In this document: piece after piece, positions 23,998 to 37,832 of the stretch
How the letters are laid out: the number at the start of each line of letters is the position of its first letter
How positions within the stretch are numbered: the first letter of the stretch is position 1
Source of the DNA: Batkoa obscura
Taxonomy: Eukaryota
Direction: 5' to 3'
Length of the DNA stretch: 64,000 bases
NCBI GenBank assembly: GCA_030770535.1
Contig: JASVEC010000028.1
Location: 496,001-560,000, forward strand
The notes under the pieces: generated by a model
Told to the model about the DNA's origin: nothing
Seen by the model: the letters and a program-made list of their open reading frames with translations, nothing else
Database searches by the model: none
Program-made: the position numbers and the translations under genes

Positions 23998-26900
23998 TTA
24001 ATAATTATGACTATTTTTAGCTCTTGATCTAGTACGATATCTACTTTCACTTTTATGACTCATACTATTTCCTCTAGCATCCGTTGTAAATATATGTTTA
24101 TTTAATCTACCTTTACCACTATCCCAACAAGAAGCAATAATTATTGGATAATTAGGATGCCAAGCAACATCCCGAACTACTTTTTTAGTATGAGAATAAT
24201 TACCGCTTCTATTACTTCTACTACTTCCACTGCTTCTACCGCCTAATAAAGCAGCAATAAGATCTAATGGTGCTTGATTACTTTCATTTCTTCGATTTCT
24301 TCTTTCTCTTTCTGGACTAGAAAAATCGCTATCTTCTTGTGGTAATATACGTTGTTTTTGTTCATTATATTGCTTTAATCCACAATTAATTATTCCTTCA
24401 TCATTACCTCTCATAGCTCCATTTGTATCCAATACTTGAGCCACAGTACCATCCAAATTGTATATATGTATTTTACCGTTTGAAGAACCAGTATATAAAT
24501 ATCTGATATTATATTATATTAATTAATATTAATAAATATAATGATTTAATTTAATAGAAGTTAAATTACTTTTGTCCAGTTGAAGCAGCTGGTGAAAAAT
24601 GACATCTTATTAATGTAGATAATACTTCATGTCCTTTATATGTCATTACAGATATATCATCTGGGTGAGTTAATGGACTATTTAAAGGATAAGATAATAT
24701 ACTAAAAATAAAAATAAAATATAGTTATAACAATAATAATAATAACAATAGTAATAAATTACCGATAATCAAATTGAAGTACACTATCTATATGAGAAGT
24801 AAGATCAAACTTATCTACTGATACTAATTTTCTATTTAAAATAGAATAATTAAATAATTTAAATTAAATAATATGATAAACAATAATTTACCTAATATCC
24901 CATAATTTCATACTTTGATCTTTTGAATTTGAAATACAATATCTACCATCCCCTTTAGAAGCAACAAAAGTTAAACCAGCAGTATGACCAACTAAAGTAC
25001 CAGCTGGACTACAATCATTACCATACATTGATCTTCTATCCCTATAAAAAAATTAATATTAATTTTGTATTTTTATACGATTATTTTTAATATAATAAAA
25101 CTTAATTACCAAACTTTAATTAAAGAATCATCTGAGCCTGAAAACATAATTTGCGAGGAATCATCTGCAAAACATACTGCATTAACATCATCTCGATGCC
25201 CTTTTTGATCAAATACTACTGTTTTAGATTCAATATCAAGAACTATTTGTTATTAATTGTAAATACTATTAATTTGTATTGTAATATTGATTAATAAATT
25301 ACTCATAATTGATCGATTGGAGGTACCAGCCACTATTTCTTTACCATCTGATGAAAATCTTAAGGACCATATCTAATTATAGTAGAATATTATTATTATT
25401 ATCATTATTATTATGTTGTAAATAATAACTATAATTTTATTACCCCAAACTCTTCCCTTCTAGAATTTGAAAATGATAATCTAGATTGAATGTCATCCGT
25501 AATATCGGTTCTAGTTAAGTAAGCAATGGGTGCAATGGAAGAATATGCCAACCATTTATTATCTTTACTTAATGTAGCATCTTATAATTATAATAACATA
25601 AATACTTATTCTGATTCTATTTGCATTATGTATTTACCTGTAATTGTCCATTGACCTAAAATAAATTAAAAAATTAAAAAATTAAAAAATACAACTCAAA
25701 CATTTAAATAAAAAATTTACCAATATCTGCTCTTACTACCTTTACTTCTTCTAAATTTTCTTTATCTGTACTGAACAATCTCACTTTAAAATCTTGGGAG
25801 CAAGAATAAAAAAAAGAACTAAAAATTAAAAGATAATAAATTAATATCAATACTATTAAAATTAAAATAATTAAATAAAATTACCCATCCTCCGAAAATT
25901 GCCCAGAATAAACTCGATTACTATAACTTCTTACTAAGCTACCACGTGAATTAGGTATCAAATCCTATTATTAAGGCTATTATCATTCCAAATTTTCAAT
26001 TTGAAAATATCCAAACCTACCTTACTCACTGCCAATTTAGGTACATTATTTGCACCTACTTTTTTAGACCAAAGAAGTCTTTGCGAAAGATAGGGAAACT
26101 GAGTCAAATCATCTCCATAACATCTATTAACTTCTTCAAACATTGAAAATCCTAAATCATTGAATGCCTCTTTACTTTCCTTTCTTTGTCTTTTAATCAA
26201 CTCTTTAAATTTTCTGTCTACTTCTTTCTTATCTTCTTTAGTGTATCTTTTAAACCTACGTCCCATGTTAAACATAAAAGCTTCCATTTCGTCAATTTCT
26301 TCAATTTCAAAACCATCCGAATCAATTTCAATTTCTTCATCGATCCAATCTGGATCTTGATATTCGTTAGGGTCGTTATTATATTCTTCTTCTTCCTCAT
26401 CATCTTCACTTTCTTCTTGTATGGATGGATTGACTTCATAATGAACTCCTACTTCTTCTTCTTCTTCTTCTTCTAAAGGTTCTTCGCTAGATAGTATATA
26501 GCCTCCAAAATCGCCTGAAAAATTCATTACATCTTCAAGTGCTCGGATTCTTCGTTGATTTTCGGTCTCTTCTGGACTGGTTATGTTGGTGTTGATTTCT
26601 ATTAATTCAATGTGTCAATATTCAATTGAATTTTTAACCATCTTTACTTATTTACCTTCTCTGTTAGACGCATTTTGATTAATTGAATTTCTACCTTGAT
26701 TCTCGATAGGTCTTGTGTCTTCTTGGTCAGTAGAATCAAAGTATTCAGCACTTGCATATTCATTCATACTCATAGTTTCTAAAAGACGTTCACTCGTCAA
26801 TTCGCTTTCTGGTTGTTCTAAATTGGATATATTAGTTTTATTTTTATTTTTATTTTAAACCTTAAATATTAAATTGAGAATTTGACATTATTTTGTTCTC

Positions 26901-27142
26901 TTACCTTCTCTATCTCCACTTCTGTTAGGCACATCTTGATCTACTAAATCTCTGTCTTCATATTCAGTAAATCTTATCTCTTCTTCTTCATTATCTCCCA
27001 TTACATCATCATAATTTGGTAATTCTTCATCTTCAGTATTATAACCTACTAAATTAGAAGTAGTTGGCGCCCCAATTGCTTGATTACTTCGATTATCATT
27101 GGGTTGATTATCACTACTATTAATAGAATCATCGGATGACAT
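23998..27142 (-). CDS. WD40 protein, DCAF11/WDR23/LEC14B-like, acidic N-terminus, many exons
   Basis: Spliced motifs VYSGQFSEDG, SQDFKVRLF, GQWTITDA, IWSLRFSSDGKEIVAG, GHRDDVNAVCFADDS, GSDDSLIKVWDRRS, GHTAGLTFVASKGDGRYCISNSKDQSMKLWDIR, YKGHEVLSTLIRCHFSP, VRDVAWHP. Confidence 0.88.
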
Positions 27143-28069
27143 GCTGTTATTGTTATCTAGTTTTAAGGTAGAGTTAGTAGAGTTTAGTGGGGTTGTATAA
27201 ATGGTGTTTACTTGCTGATATTTTGGCTATGATTGCGGGTTGAAATAAATATAAAATGTATAAATAAATTGAATAAATAAAAAAAGTAAAATAAATATTT
27301 TGATGACTTCATCAGGACTGTTTTTTCCTTAATTTAAGCATTCATTTGCAATCGATCATATTTTTTAAAAAGTTTAAAATCCAGGAATTAATTTTAGCAA
27401 AAAAAAATTGAATATTTTAAATAGTTATTAAATATTTATTTAATTTATCTCCTCGTGAAAAGTTACTAAAGAAAATATAAAATATGAGAATCCTCATTTG
27501 GTAATTATTTTAAAATTTAAAGAGCTGGCGGTGATAGTAGATTCTATAAAGTCAATATTCAACTTTAATTTCAAATAATCAACCTTAATTTTTATTATTA
27601 TTATTCTTTTATAGATTCTCTTTGATCAGGTTCTTTTTCTTTATAAATAATATCAATTTCTTCTAAATTCATGGAATTAAATTTATCAATTGTTCTATTA
27701 ATATGGATATCACTTGATTGTTCATCACGGTTTATAGAATCATTATATGAACTATTATTATTTTATGAAATTAGTATATTAAATTATCATATATTATTAT
27801 GAAGATATAAACGATAATCACTTTTGCTGATATTTGTGAGTTGAAATAAATAAAAAACATAAAAATAAATCTAAAGACAAAATTGAATTATATCTTTGAT
27901 GTTTTCGTCAATAATATGTAATTATTTCAAACTAAGATCCAGGTTAACTTAGTTGATTATATTATTAAAAATTTAAATATATTTCATTTATATCTTTAAT
28001 TTTATTTTATTTCATATTTTCATCATCCACTCATAAAAAAACAAAAATAATTTGTTCTTTTTATTTTAT

Positions 28070-29206
28070 TCAAACGGATGGTAAAATTTTACCCAAACAA
28101 TTACCAAAACCAACACGGAAACCATCCCCTTGGCAATAACCAATAAGATCAACTTCATCTCCATCTTGTAAAAATTTTCTAGTATTATTACCAACTTGAA
28201 GTTCTTTTTGACCAGACCAAGTTAATTCCAATAGAGATCCATAACTAGATTCATCCTAATAACATATTAATATAAAATATAATAAGTATAATATAAAACA
28301 TAATAATTAAAACTTACAGCACCAGAAATAGTACCAGAACCAAGAAGATCTCCAGGTCTTAAATTACATCCATTAACAGTATGATGAGCTAATTGTTGTT
28401 TAAATGTCCAATACATATATTTTAAATTAGATTTAGATACAGAATGAAATTCATTATCTCCATTTGCTATTTTAAAAAATAATAATAAATTAATATTATA
28501 TTATATATTATATAAATAACTTACGTTTAAGTTTAAATTCTAAATTAATATCAAAAGCGTCTTTAGATTTAGATTGTAAGTATGGTAATGGAGTTGGTTC
28601 CTATAATAATAAAATAAATAAATAAACACATTAAATATAAATAATATTGTTATTGTAATTACACTTTGATCTGGTTGTTGAGTAGCAAAAGGTTTGAGAG
28701 CATCAACAGTAACAACCCAAGGGGAAATAGTAGTACCAAAGTTTTTACCAAGGAAGGGTCCTAATGGTACATATTCCCATGCTTGAATATCTCTTGCTAA
28801 TTAAAATAAAATAAAATAAATTAATAAAATTAAATAATAATAATAATTTACCAGACCAATCATTCATAACGACAACACCAAAAATATAATCTTCAGCATT
28901 TTCAATTGAAATTGGTTGTCCTAATTTATTACCAGTACCAACAAAGAAAGCCTTTTATTATATATAAATTAAATCAAGTTAATATAATTATTAAAAAGTT
29001 TACCATTTCTAATTCAATATCTAATCTAGCACATTCACCAAATACTGGGGGTTCTCCTTTAACTGGGCATTTTTGACCTTTTGGTCTAGTTAATTCAGTA
29101 CCTGAAACAACAATCGAAGAAGCACGACCATGATAACCAACTGGTAAATGTAGCCTAAATTATTTTAAAACATAAGTATTATTAACACGTTATCTTACAA
29201 ACTTCC

Positions 29207-29278
<72 letters not shown>

Positions 29279-29867
29279 CTTACCAATTAGGTTGAAGGGC
29301 ATTATCTTTACCACGGAACATAATACCTACATTAGTAGCATGTTCTCTAGAAGCATAAAAATCGGTATAATCACCAATATTTGCTGGTAAATGCATTTGA
29401 ACTTGAGTTAATGGAATTAAAGCTTCTGAACGTAAACTTTGATTATCACGTAAGGTTGGATTTTCAGAAGATAATAATGTTTGAATATAATTACGAGTAG
29501 CTGTCCATACTGGACGGGTATAAGACATCAATTTATTAAGAGTAGTCTAAAGAACGAGGTTAAAAGGGGCTGATATGAGTTAATATATGATGAACTTACT
29601 TGAGAAAAAATATCTTTAGCTTCATTATTTAATTCTGGTACATTTTGATCAAATAAACCAGCATTAGCAATAACACTAAGATCTAATACTTGATCTCCAA
29701 TAGCTACACCTACTCTTGGAGTGTTCTTTTTTAAAGTAATTAGTTAAGGATAAGGTTTCATAAAGGAATAGATAGAAACTTACTTGATTAACAGAAAAGA
29801 TACCAAATGGTAAATTTTGAATGGAAAAATGAGATTCTGGTGAATAATCAATAAAACTCTTTAACAT
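28070..29867 (-). CDS. FAH: Fumarylacetoacetase, multi-exon
   Basis: [98 protein letters not shown]; alternative in-frame ATG at 29894. Confidence 0.95.
29207..29277. repeat. (AAT)~23 microsatellite inside a FAH intron
   Basis: Perfect array next to the 5' splice site; roughly doubles the intron length. Confidence 0.95.
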
Positions 29868-30668
29868 TTTGAATCTTTTTAATAGATGAGTCATAGATTA
29901 ATATATGTTTATTGTTGAAGTATATCGTAATTTACTGTATTTGTTTTTAAATTAATAAAAAAATAAAACTACTTGCTTCCTATATCTTTGTTTTATATTC
30001 TTTTTTTTCAATTGTGTTTATTCTTAAAACTTAACCTATCACTAAAATATTCGATGACGATATGACCGAATTACGAGTTAAATGACGTTGATTGGATAAG
30101 GTTGATCATAATCCCAATTTTTGATTTTAAATAGTCAGGGATGAATTTTTAGTAAAACTTTCCACTCAAGTTATTCTATTTTATATATTATTAGGTTATT
30201 GACTTGTGTCTTTTATTATAAGTTAACTAAAATGAAGATAGATTAGTTTCTGATATTTTTGTTAAATATAGATTGTTAAAAATGTGTTTTTATTTTATAT
30301 GTTTATTCTACTTTTACATAAACATTTGGATTAGACAGCATGAACCTTTGATTTTCTAGTAATTATTGGAATTGTTATAACTATAGGGTGCGTGGGAGTT
30401 TTTAAAAACTTTCAAAACAACTCAGATTACAGCAAAAAAATCAAAAAATTGTACAAATACAGTTCAATTGCAGAATATTTATCGAAATTTAATCAATTTA
30501 AAGGACAGTAAAAAGCTAAAGTTAATGTTATTAAAAGATGAACAGATCGTTATCCCACCTATGGGTAAAGATACTTACAAACAAGGTAAAAGAAAAATTA
30601 AAAAGCAATTGCATTATGGAAAATTTAGTATGTTAACATAATGTTAGTGTGAAATTCAAATATCAAAT

Positions 30669-30766
30669 GAGAATGTTTTTTTGCTTTCATCACTTTTTTC
30701 ATCTTTTAAGCGCTATTTGAGTGGAAAGATTGTTAGTAAAATTCTTAAACAAAAAAATACATCCCC
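30669..30766 (-). mobile_element. MITE copy
   Basis: GAGAATG...CATCCCC; flanks AAAT/AAAT. Confidence 0.9.
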
Positions 30767-31151
30767 AAATGTTCATTTTGGCTGAAAATAGTTTTGAAAG
30801 CCACTTTGAATAAAAATTTAGTTTTATTATTATTGTTATTAATGATTTGTAATATTAATAATAAAAATAATGCAAACAAATAGCATTTAGATAAGCAAAA
30901 ATCTAAACGTACGCTTTTAAATTTTGACAACTATTTTTATTATAGTTATAGCTACTCAACATCGATCATAAAACTTTCACTAAATCTATAAAACTAATTA
31001 AAAAATTCATCACTTTTAACAAATTTATAATTTTACTAAACCAATACATATAAAGTAACCCCTTTACCATTGTATTATCTAAGTATAGTTTTATTTTTAA
31101 TAAAAAGTTTATTCTACTATAGAAATAATTCAATTAATTTTACTTTTATTT

Positions 31152-31245
31152 GGGGATGTCGGTTTTTGGCTGAGAAATTTATCAACATTTTTTCCGCTCA
31201 ATAGCGTTTAAAAAAGGATAAAAATAATGAAACTAAGACATCCTC
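31152..31245 (+). mobile_element. Diverged MITE copy
   Basis: GGGGATGT..TTCCGCTCAATAGCGTTTAAAA..CATCCTC. Confidence 0.7.
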
Positions 31246-31895
31246 ACTTTTTAAAGTCTGTAAGAACTCGAAACTCAAGTGTTTTAATTGATTAATAATA
31301 GATGTTTGATTATTTTAGTTAATATGAAATTTTAGCTACTTTTATTGAATCCTTTTTACTATCTTGTTCTTAATAGTATTGGATATAAAGATACATATTC
31401 TATTATAGTAATAATATAAAGGCTTTATTTCAATTAATCGGACATAAATTTCAGTTTTAATTTTTGACATCAATTTAAATTAAGCCCGATTATTTTGAAA
31501 ATCAAGGCAATTCAATATTGGATTTTCTTAGCATGAACACTATCAACATAAAGCCTATATGCAACATGCTAAACTGAATCAAAAACAGTTTTTTAATTTT
31601 CATTCATTTTCAATCAAAATATTGATTGAAGTAAGCGCCTAACATAACTCCGACAATATTTCGAGAATAGCACTTTAAAAAATACACGAGTATCCTTACA
31701 AATCCTAAAGCTTAAACATCAGAATTAAATCTCCCATCCAACCTTAGAAATATGGGCTTCTTTAACTTGACACAATTCAAGTTGTTCAGAACAAGTAGCT
31801 ACTTGTAATAATTTGATAGGTTATCAACATAAACCATCAAGTATAAATACCCCAATGTTAACTGAGTAATAATCAAAAAAAAATCAAAAATCAAA

Positions 31896-32633
31896 ATGAG
31901 TTTAAATAACAAAGTAGCTTTCATCACTGGTTCCAGTAAAAACATGGGTCGTTCTTTTGCTGAACATTTAGCCAAAGAGGGTGCTAAATTGGTTGTACAT
32001 TATCATAGTGATAATTCTCGTGCAGCAGCTGAAGAGGTAGCGGCACTCTCCAGTGATTCTTTAATTGTCCAAGGTGACCTCACCAAAGTCAATGTAATCA
32101 AAGATATCTTTCAAAAGATCACTGCTAAATATGGAGGTGTAGACATCGTCATCAACAACGCTGGAGAAGTCTTAAAGAAACCATTTATTGATATTTCTGA
32201 AGAAGAATATGACCGAGTCTTTGGTATCAATTCTAAAGCAGCCTTTTTTGTTATGCAAGAAGCTGCTAGATGCATTAATGATAATGGTCGTATTATTAAT
32301 ATGGGTACTTCATTGTTGGCTGTTACCACCCCATTCTATTCGGCTTATGCAGGGTCTAAATCTGCTTTAGAACACTTTACTAGAGCTTTGGCAAAGGAAT
32401 TAGGTCATAGAGGCGTTACTGTTAATACCGTAGCTCCAGGTCCTATTGATACTAGCTTTTTCCATGGACAGGAATCAAAAGAATCAGTTGAAATGTTTAC
32501 AAATATGACACCAGCTAAAAGATTAGGGCTTGTAGAAGATGTGTTACCAGTAGTTGAGTTTTTGGTTTCTGATAAGGCTAAATGGGTCAATGCTCAAACC
32601 ATTTTTGTTAATGGTGCTCTCATTACTCGTTAG
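31896..32633 (+). CDS. Short-chain dehydrogenase/reductase, copy B (protein identical to copy A)
   Basis: Identical 245-aa translation, inverted relative to 16530-17267. Confidence 0.95.
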   Translation: MSLNNKVAFITGSSKNMGRSFAEHLAKEGAKLVVHYHSDNSRAAAEEVAALSSDSLIVQGDLTKVNVIKDIFQKITAKYGGVDIVINNAGEVLKKPFIDISEEEYDRVFGINSKAAFFVMQEAARCINDNGRIINMGTSLLAVTTPFYSAYAGSKSALEHFTRALAKELGHRGVTVNTVAPGPIDTSFFHGQESKESVEMFTNMTPAKRLGLVEDVLPVVEFLVSDKAKWVNAQTIFVNGALITR

Positions 32634-33099
32634 GACTGATTAAGAAATAAAGTGTTTATATTGATTTTGATTGTTATTTTTAATTTAATACAATTGGAAG
32701 TAGTAAATTTTGAAAATTCAAGTTTATACTCTTAATAAGATTAGTAAATATGCTTAGTTTTAATGTGCCTAAAAAAATAAATATAATAGGTTTGAAAGTG
32801 TAAACTATTGCAAGGGCGTGAAGCGTTTGCCTAGTTGCAAACGAGTATAAAATTTCTAGCAACTAGCCAAATGTTTTGCGCCCTTACACTAGTTCACGCT
32901 ATCAAAGCCATATTGACAATATATATTAAATTTAAACTACAGTATTTTTAATCTATCACGAATATATAAGATTACGTATTAACCTATAAAATTATAGCAG
33001 GAACTTAATTGAAGAATCATTTTTATAAATAAAAAATTATATATAGCTAAGGTCAACTTTAACTTTTTTTGATCAAAAGGTATAGTTAATAGTTTTAAA

Positions 33100-34429
33100 T
33101 TTGATGCTTTCTTCTAAAGCATGATTAGAGAGAGATTATATCACTCAACATATAAGGATAAAGCTGATTTACTCTAACGTTGTAAAGGATAGAAAAAAGC
33201 GACAATGCCTATTCTATAAAAAGGTATAACACCATATTGTTACGGAAATGAAAAACAGATGAAGTATAGTTTTATAATACATGGCTATTACATTAAATGG
33301 TTGGATTTTAGAGAAGATTTGAATATACCGATTTATGCACTACTTTATCCAAACTCTAAGGAACTTTATTGTATATTAGGATATTATTTAGAAAAAGTAA
33401 AACATTTTAAAGGTTTTCCGTTAGTAGGACTTTATTATAAATCTGGTGTAGGGGGCACAACGGTTCAAGATTTTGTCTCTGGATACAAGGTTGACGTTAA
33501 AAAATATTACAGGATTTGAAGTATTTGGAATCGGTTGTATAGATATTTATTTCAAAAGATCCATCATACTACTACTATCAGCAAATGTAACTTCATTGAC
33601 TGTTTGGAATAAAGATAATAACGATAGTAGAACCATCTGTTTGAGAAAATTATTAGATAGGTTCATTAATTTAAAAAATTTTAAGCTAATCCATATTAAG
33701 CTTACCATTGGAAAATTAAACTTTATATTAAATAAACCCTTTCCGCAATTAAAGCGATTTCATACGAAATTTGTGTATATTAGATAATTAAAATAAATAA
33801 ATATCAACTTAAATAATTATCCAAAACTCAAGCAGTTTTATTTTACACAATCTATTGGGATATTGCTTAATGGAGTAATCAATTTAAAAGAACTGAAATT
33901 ACAGGATATTTCTTTATTATACATGTCTACAAATAAACAAATATTCAAAAAATTAAATCAATTGACTTTAGATTGCAAGAAAGCTAGACCAAAACATTTA
34001 TATCCCATCTTTAACACATTATCAATGATTTATTTACATTTACGGATGGCCAATAGTTTATTGCTTTTGTTGAATGAAATTTACTCAAACAGTAGCAACA
34101 ATATAATTACATTGAAATTTCATGATTTATCATTAGGGAGTTCTTTTTTTGATTTTTTATACAATTCAAGCTCTAGTCTACATAATCTTAAATTGACCCA
34201 GTATTGATTTCAATCTGAGCTATCATTTTTAAATAGCAAAAAGAAGTTGATAAACGAACATAATTTAACTAGCATATTAATCGATGGATATTTTATTACG
34301 GATTTAGATGGTTTTATCAATTATAGTTTAACCCATCTTAAATATTTGAAATTAGTTCGGATTTTAAATCATAATCATATATCAAAACACTACATAAATG
34401 ATACTAGGTTTCGTTTTATACAAGAATAA
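33100..34429 (+). pseudogene. Fragmented F-box/LRR-like gene
   Basis: Consecutive same-strand fragments 33259-33519, 33473-33787, 33863-34207, 34247-34429 with LxxLxL repeats (NVTSLTVW, FINLKNFKL, FPQLKRF, INLKELKL), broken by stops and frameshifts. Confidence 0.55.
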
Positions 34430-36821
34430 AGTAACATTGCTTTAACATTAATCATATTTGATTTTTCGCAAGAGTTTATAATTTCATATATTACTATAAT
34501 TTTGTTAAGTAATCTTTATTTAAAAAACAATTTATCCTCACAGGTAAATTTTATAACAACTGGAGGTATGGCTTTTTCACCAATGGATAGGTACAGTTGG
34601 AGCTCAGCCTGTTGATAAATCCTTTCTCAGTCAAAAAAATTTCTCCCCGTTTGATATTTCTCTTTCTGCCTGGATATCAGATTATATTCAAATGCTAAAG
34701 CCCTGGATTTGGGAAATTGATAGAAATATTGAACATAGAATACAGAAAACAATCGCTATCGCTAAACATAATGATCCTTTGTTTTGTAGCAATCCCAGTG
34801 TTGAAGGTTTAGGACTAAGTTGTTTAAAACCAAACAACTATCACTAAAGTTATCCTCAGCCTTATAAAAAGCTTCGCTTGGAGGATTTTCTCCTCTGGTT
34901 TGTGTAAAATACTATAAACCTTTGATTTACGTAGATTTCGCCCTTTGGCTATGGGCAAAGTATAGTACCGTTTATCATAGGCTTGTTGACTGTTCTTTCA
35001 GCAAATCCTTCTGGCTATTGTGTGCTCCTGCTTTCCTGAAAGGACCCTCAACGGATCCTGGTCCTCGAATTTTAAACTTTGATTTCATTAGCACTTTTTT
35101 ACCCGATAGATTAGAATACCTACATCCTATCTTTCCTTGCCTGTGGTCTGGATCTTACACCGGATCTTCTACAATATCGTCTTCACGAATACCGCTTTCC
35201 GTCTATTTTTACTATCAATAGTTCTCAAATGGAAGTCTCTAGTTAAACGTGAATATACTCATGCTTTTACTTTAGCCTTCAACACAGACAGCGGCCAGAA
35301 ATAGTTAGCAAGCCCAAAGATACCTACAGGGATTCCAAAAAAAGTTACCTTCATAAAGCTATTTTAAATATAAATTCTCGTTTTTATAGGAATGAAGCCA
35401 TTGCCGGGCCCTCTAGATCTGGTATGTTTAAAAAAAGCAACTTGCTCTTTAAAAACTTTAAGCTTTTTTATAACCAAAAGTTAAGTTATTACTATTAGTG
35501 TGTATGTAAGCATAGTTATGATTATTTCTACTATCAATTTATGTTGTTGTTATAAATTAATAGTCTGTACAGTTATTTTATTTATCTATTATTAATTGAA
35601 CTAATCAATAACAACAACAGTTTGTAAGCTTATTTTTAAGAAAAATCAGACTATTTGATTTGAAATGGGAGATATATTGAAACCCTATTTAGTTTAAAAA
35701 AATAACAATTCTTATAAAATATCTAAATATTCTATATAATGCTATCAATTAAACAGATACGAGCCAAAATACTTATAACTTAATTTAAACAAGATTTAGG
35801 CACAAAACTTACATAGAATTAAATAAAGTATCAAACTTGATTAAAATATGTGGAAACTTAATCTTACTTTTTTCAATTTATTCAAGCAATATTTATTTTT
35901 TAATGTTTTAATATATAAATTACAAACTTAATGAGAAACATAGCATTCTTGTTATTTGATAATAAATTTTCTATTAGAATTAGTAAGATTGTAAAATTTA
36001 TTTTGATTTTTGTATATTTTTCTTTTTATTGATCTAGGATGTTCCCTTATTTAGAAATTTCATTTATTATGTTTTTGTCTAAATTTTGTAAATATAACAA
36101 GTGCAAAGCTATTTAATAATAGAATTAATCTTGGCTCCATTTAACATATGAAAAGAATAATGCTTGTAACAGCTTTTTTTTGGTGAAAAAAAGTTACTCT
36201 TTGAAGGATGCCATTCAGCAATTTTAGAATTATAGGCTGTTATATCCTATTCAGATTGCAAAAGTTTAGTAAAAAATCATGGAGTGTAGTTATCAATATC
36301 ATTCATTTAGTGTTATTTATAATAGGCAATAGCATTTCATCAATTAGTTTTGAGATTATTTATAGAATTTGGAATTAGGCCCACTATTGCCAATGAATAA
36401 TCGTCAAATAATTATTAAAATGGGTAATAGAAAAAACATTATTCTTCTTAAGCATATTATTATGATAGCTTTTTTTATCAATTTACTCTGTTGGTATTTT
36501 TTTAATATTTTAATTCTGAGGAAACGATACAAAGAAAATATCAAACCTAATATTTGTCCTAAACATATATTAAAATGTATATGATGTAGAGATACGGAAT
36601 TACATATTAGTCGGGCTAGTACATAAAAATAAAGAAATGATGTATATTTTCGGAAATAGAAAACCAGGGGAAGATTATTCTCTAAAAAGACAATTACTTT
36701 TTATGTACTTAGAAATAAATTCAAATACATATTAATTAATCAGCTGATAATTTTTAGCTCAAATCAATATAAGAATCCTAAAAGTATTTTAGAAATTGTT
36801 TAGTCTATTATTGTTATTAAA

Positions 36822-37832
36822 ATGTTAATTGATGGTCAAATAAGTATGCTAGTCCTGTCTTTGATAGGATTAGTATTGAACTTAATTGTAGGTATTATTG
36901 TAAGTTTAGGACTCAAGCTTGCCAACAGCGATTTAGTTATGATATTTATTATTTCAGCTACTGATATCGTGTTTTATCTTTGGAATATATTGCGTATAAT
37001 TTTATCTGAAGCTGGTGCAATCATTATAAAGTATGATCCTTCTGAGTTGAAAAATGATGTTTGGTGCCCTATTGATTTAACCTTGTCTATGGCTTTAATT
37101 GGAGCGTCGGTTGAGCTAGTAGCTATTCTAAGTATAATGAGGTATTTGAAAGTATGTCATCAAAAGGAATTTAGAGGATGGATCTGGTATTTTATATCTG
37201 CGATTTCTATTATAGTATCAGGTGGTATTTCCTTAGGAAATTATCATTACCATGCTTATCGCTGGTCTCGCACAGATATGTTTTGTTTAACAGTAATCAA
37301 TGAAACTGGTGCAGGGCTTGATAATCGATCATATTATATGTTTTATTATTTTACTTATGTGGTCCGTAATATGTTATCTCTGATAACTATTGTATTTTGT
37401 TACTTCAAGGTTACTTATGTTTATCGTGAAGCAGTTAAACCTACCACTACAATTAATATTCCCGCATCGTCAGTATTTAAATTGAATGAATTTCCAGGTG
37501 AACATACCAAATTAAATGATGACTCTACCCAAAATCAAAAACTAATATTAAATCGATTTACCGATCCTGATAATCAATATAAAGTACAACGTACGTTCAC
37601 TACAATTAAATTAACTGTCTTTGCATCAAGTTACTTCATTTGTTTATTGCCAGATGTTATTTATTCTATTCTTAATTTGGCTTATGAGGTTAGTCCTACC
37701 CCATTAGGCGCTGTTGTTTCAAACTCCTTATTATGTTGTTCTGGAATTGTTTCTGCCCTTTTCGTTTTATTTACTAATACACATGCTCAACAGTATCTGA
37801 ACAGAACAATCAAAGATATAGTTCCTCGATAA
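36822..37832 (+). CDS. Rhodopsin-like (class A-type) 7TM receptor, copy 1, intronless
   Basis: Seven hydrophobic segments; TM1 GLVLN, TM2 D, WC before TM3, LSIMRY (DRY-like), ECL2 Cys, FCY in TM5, CLLP in TM6. Confidence 0.85.
   Translation: MLIDGQISMLVLSLIGLVLNLIVGIIVSLGLKLANSDLVMIFIISATDIVFYLWNILRIILSEAGAIIIKYDPSELKNDVWCPIDLTLSMALIGASVELVAILSIMRYLKVCHQKEFRGWIWYFISAISIIVSGGISLGNYHYHAYRWSRTDMFCLTVINETGAGLDNRSYYMFYYFTYVVRNMLSLITIVFCYFKVTYVYREAVKPTTTINIPASSVFKLNEFPGEHTKLNDDSTQNQKLILNRFTDPDNQYKVQRTFTTIKLTVFASSYFICLLPDVIYSILNLAYEVSPTPLGAVVSNSLLCCSGIVSALFVLFTNTHAQQYLNRTIKDIVPR

Noticed and set aside
27601..27755. Short open frame on the minus strand (..DEQSSDIHINRTIDKF..ESIKE*)
   Set aside because: No start or upstream exon identified and no recognisable homology
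29726..29783. TCCTTAAC U12-like branch sequence in FAH intron 1
   Set aside because: The donor is GTAAGT (U2-type), so it is not called a minor intron
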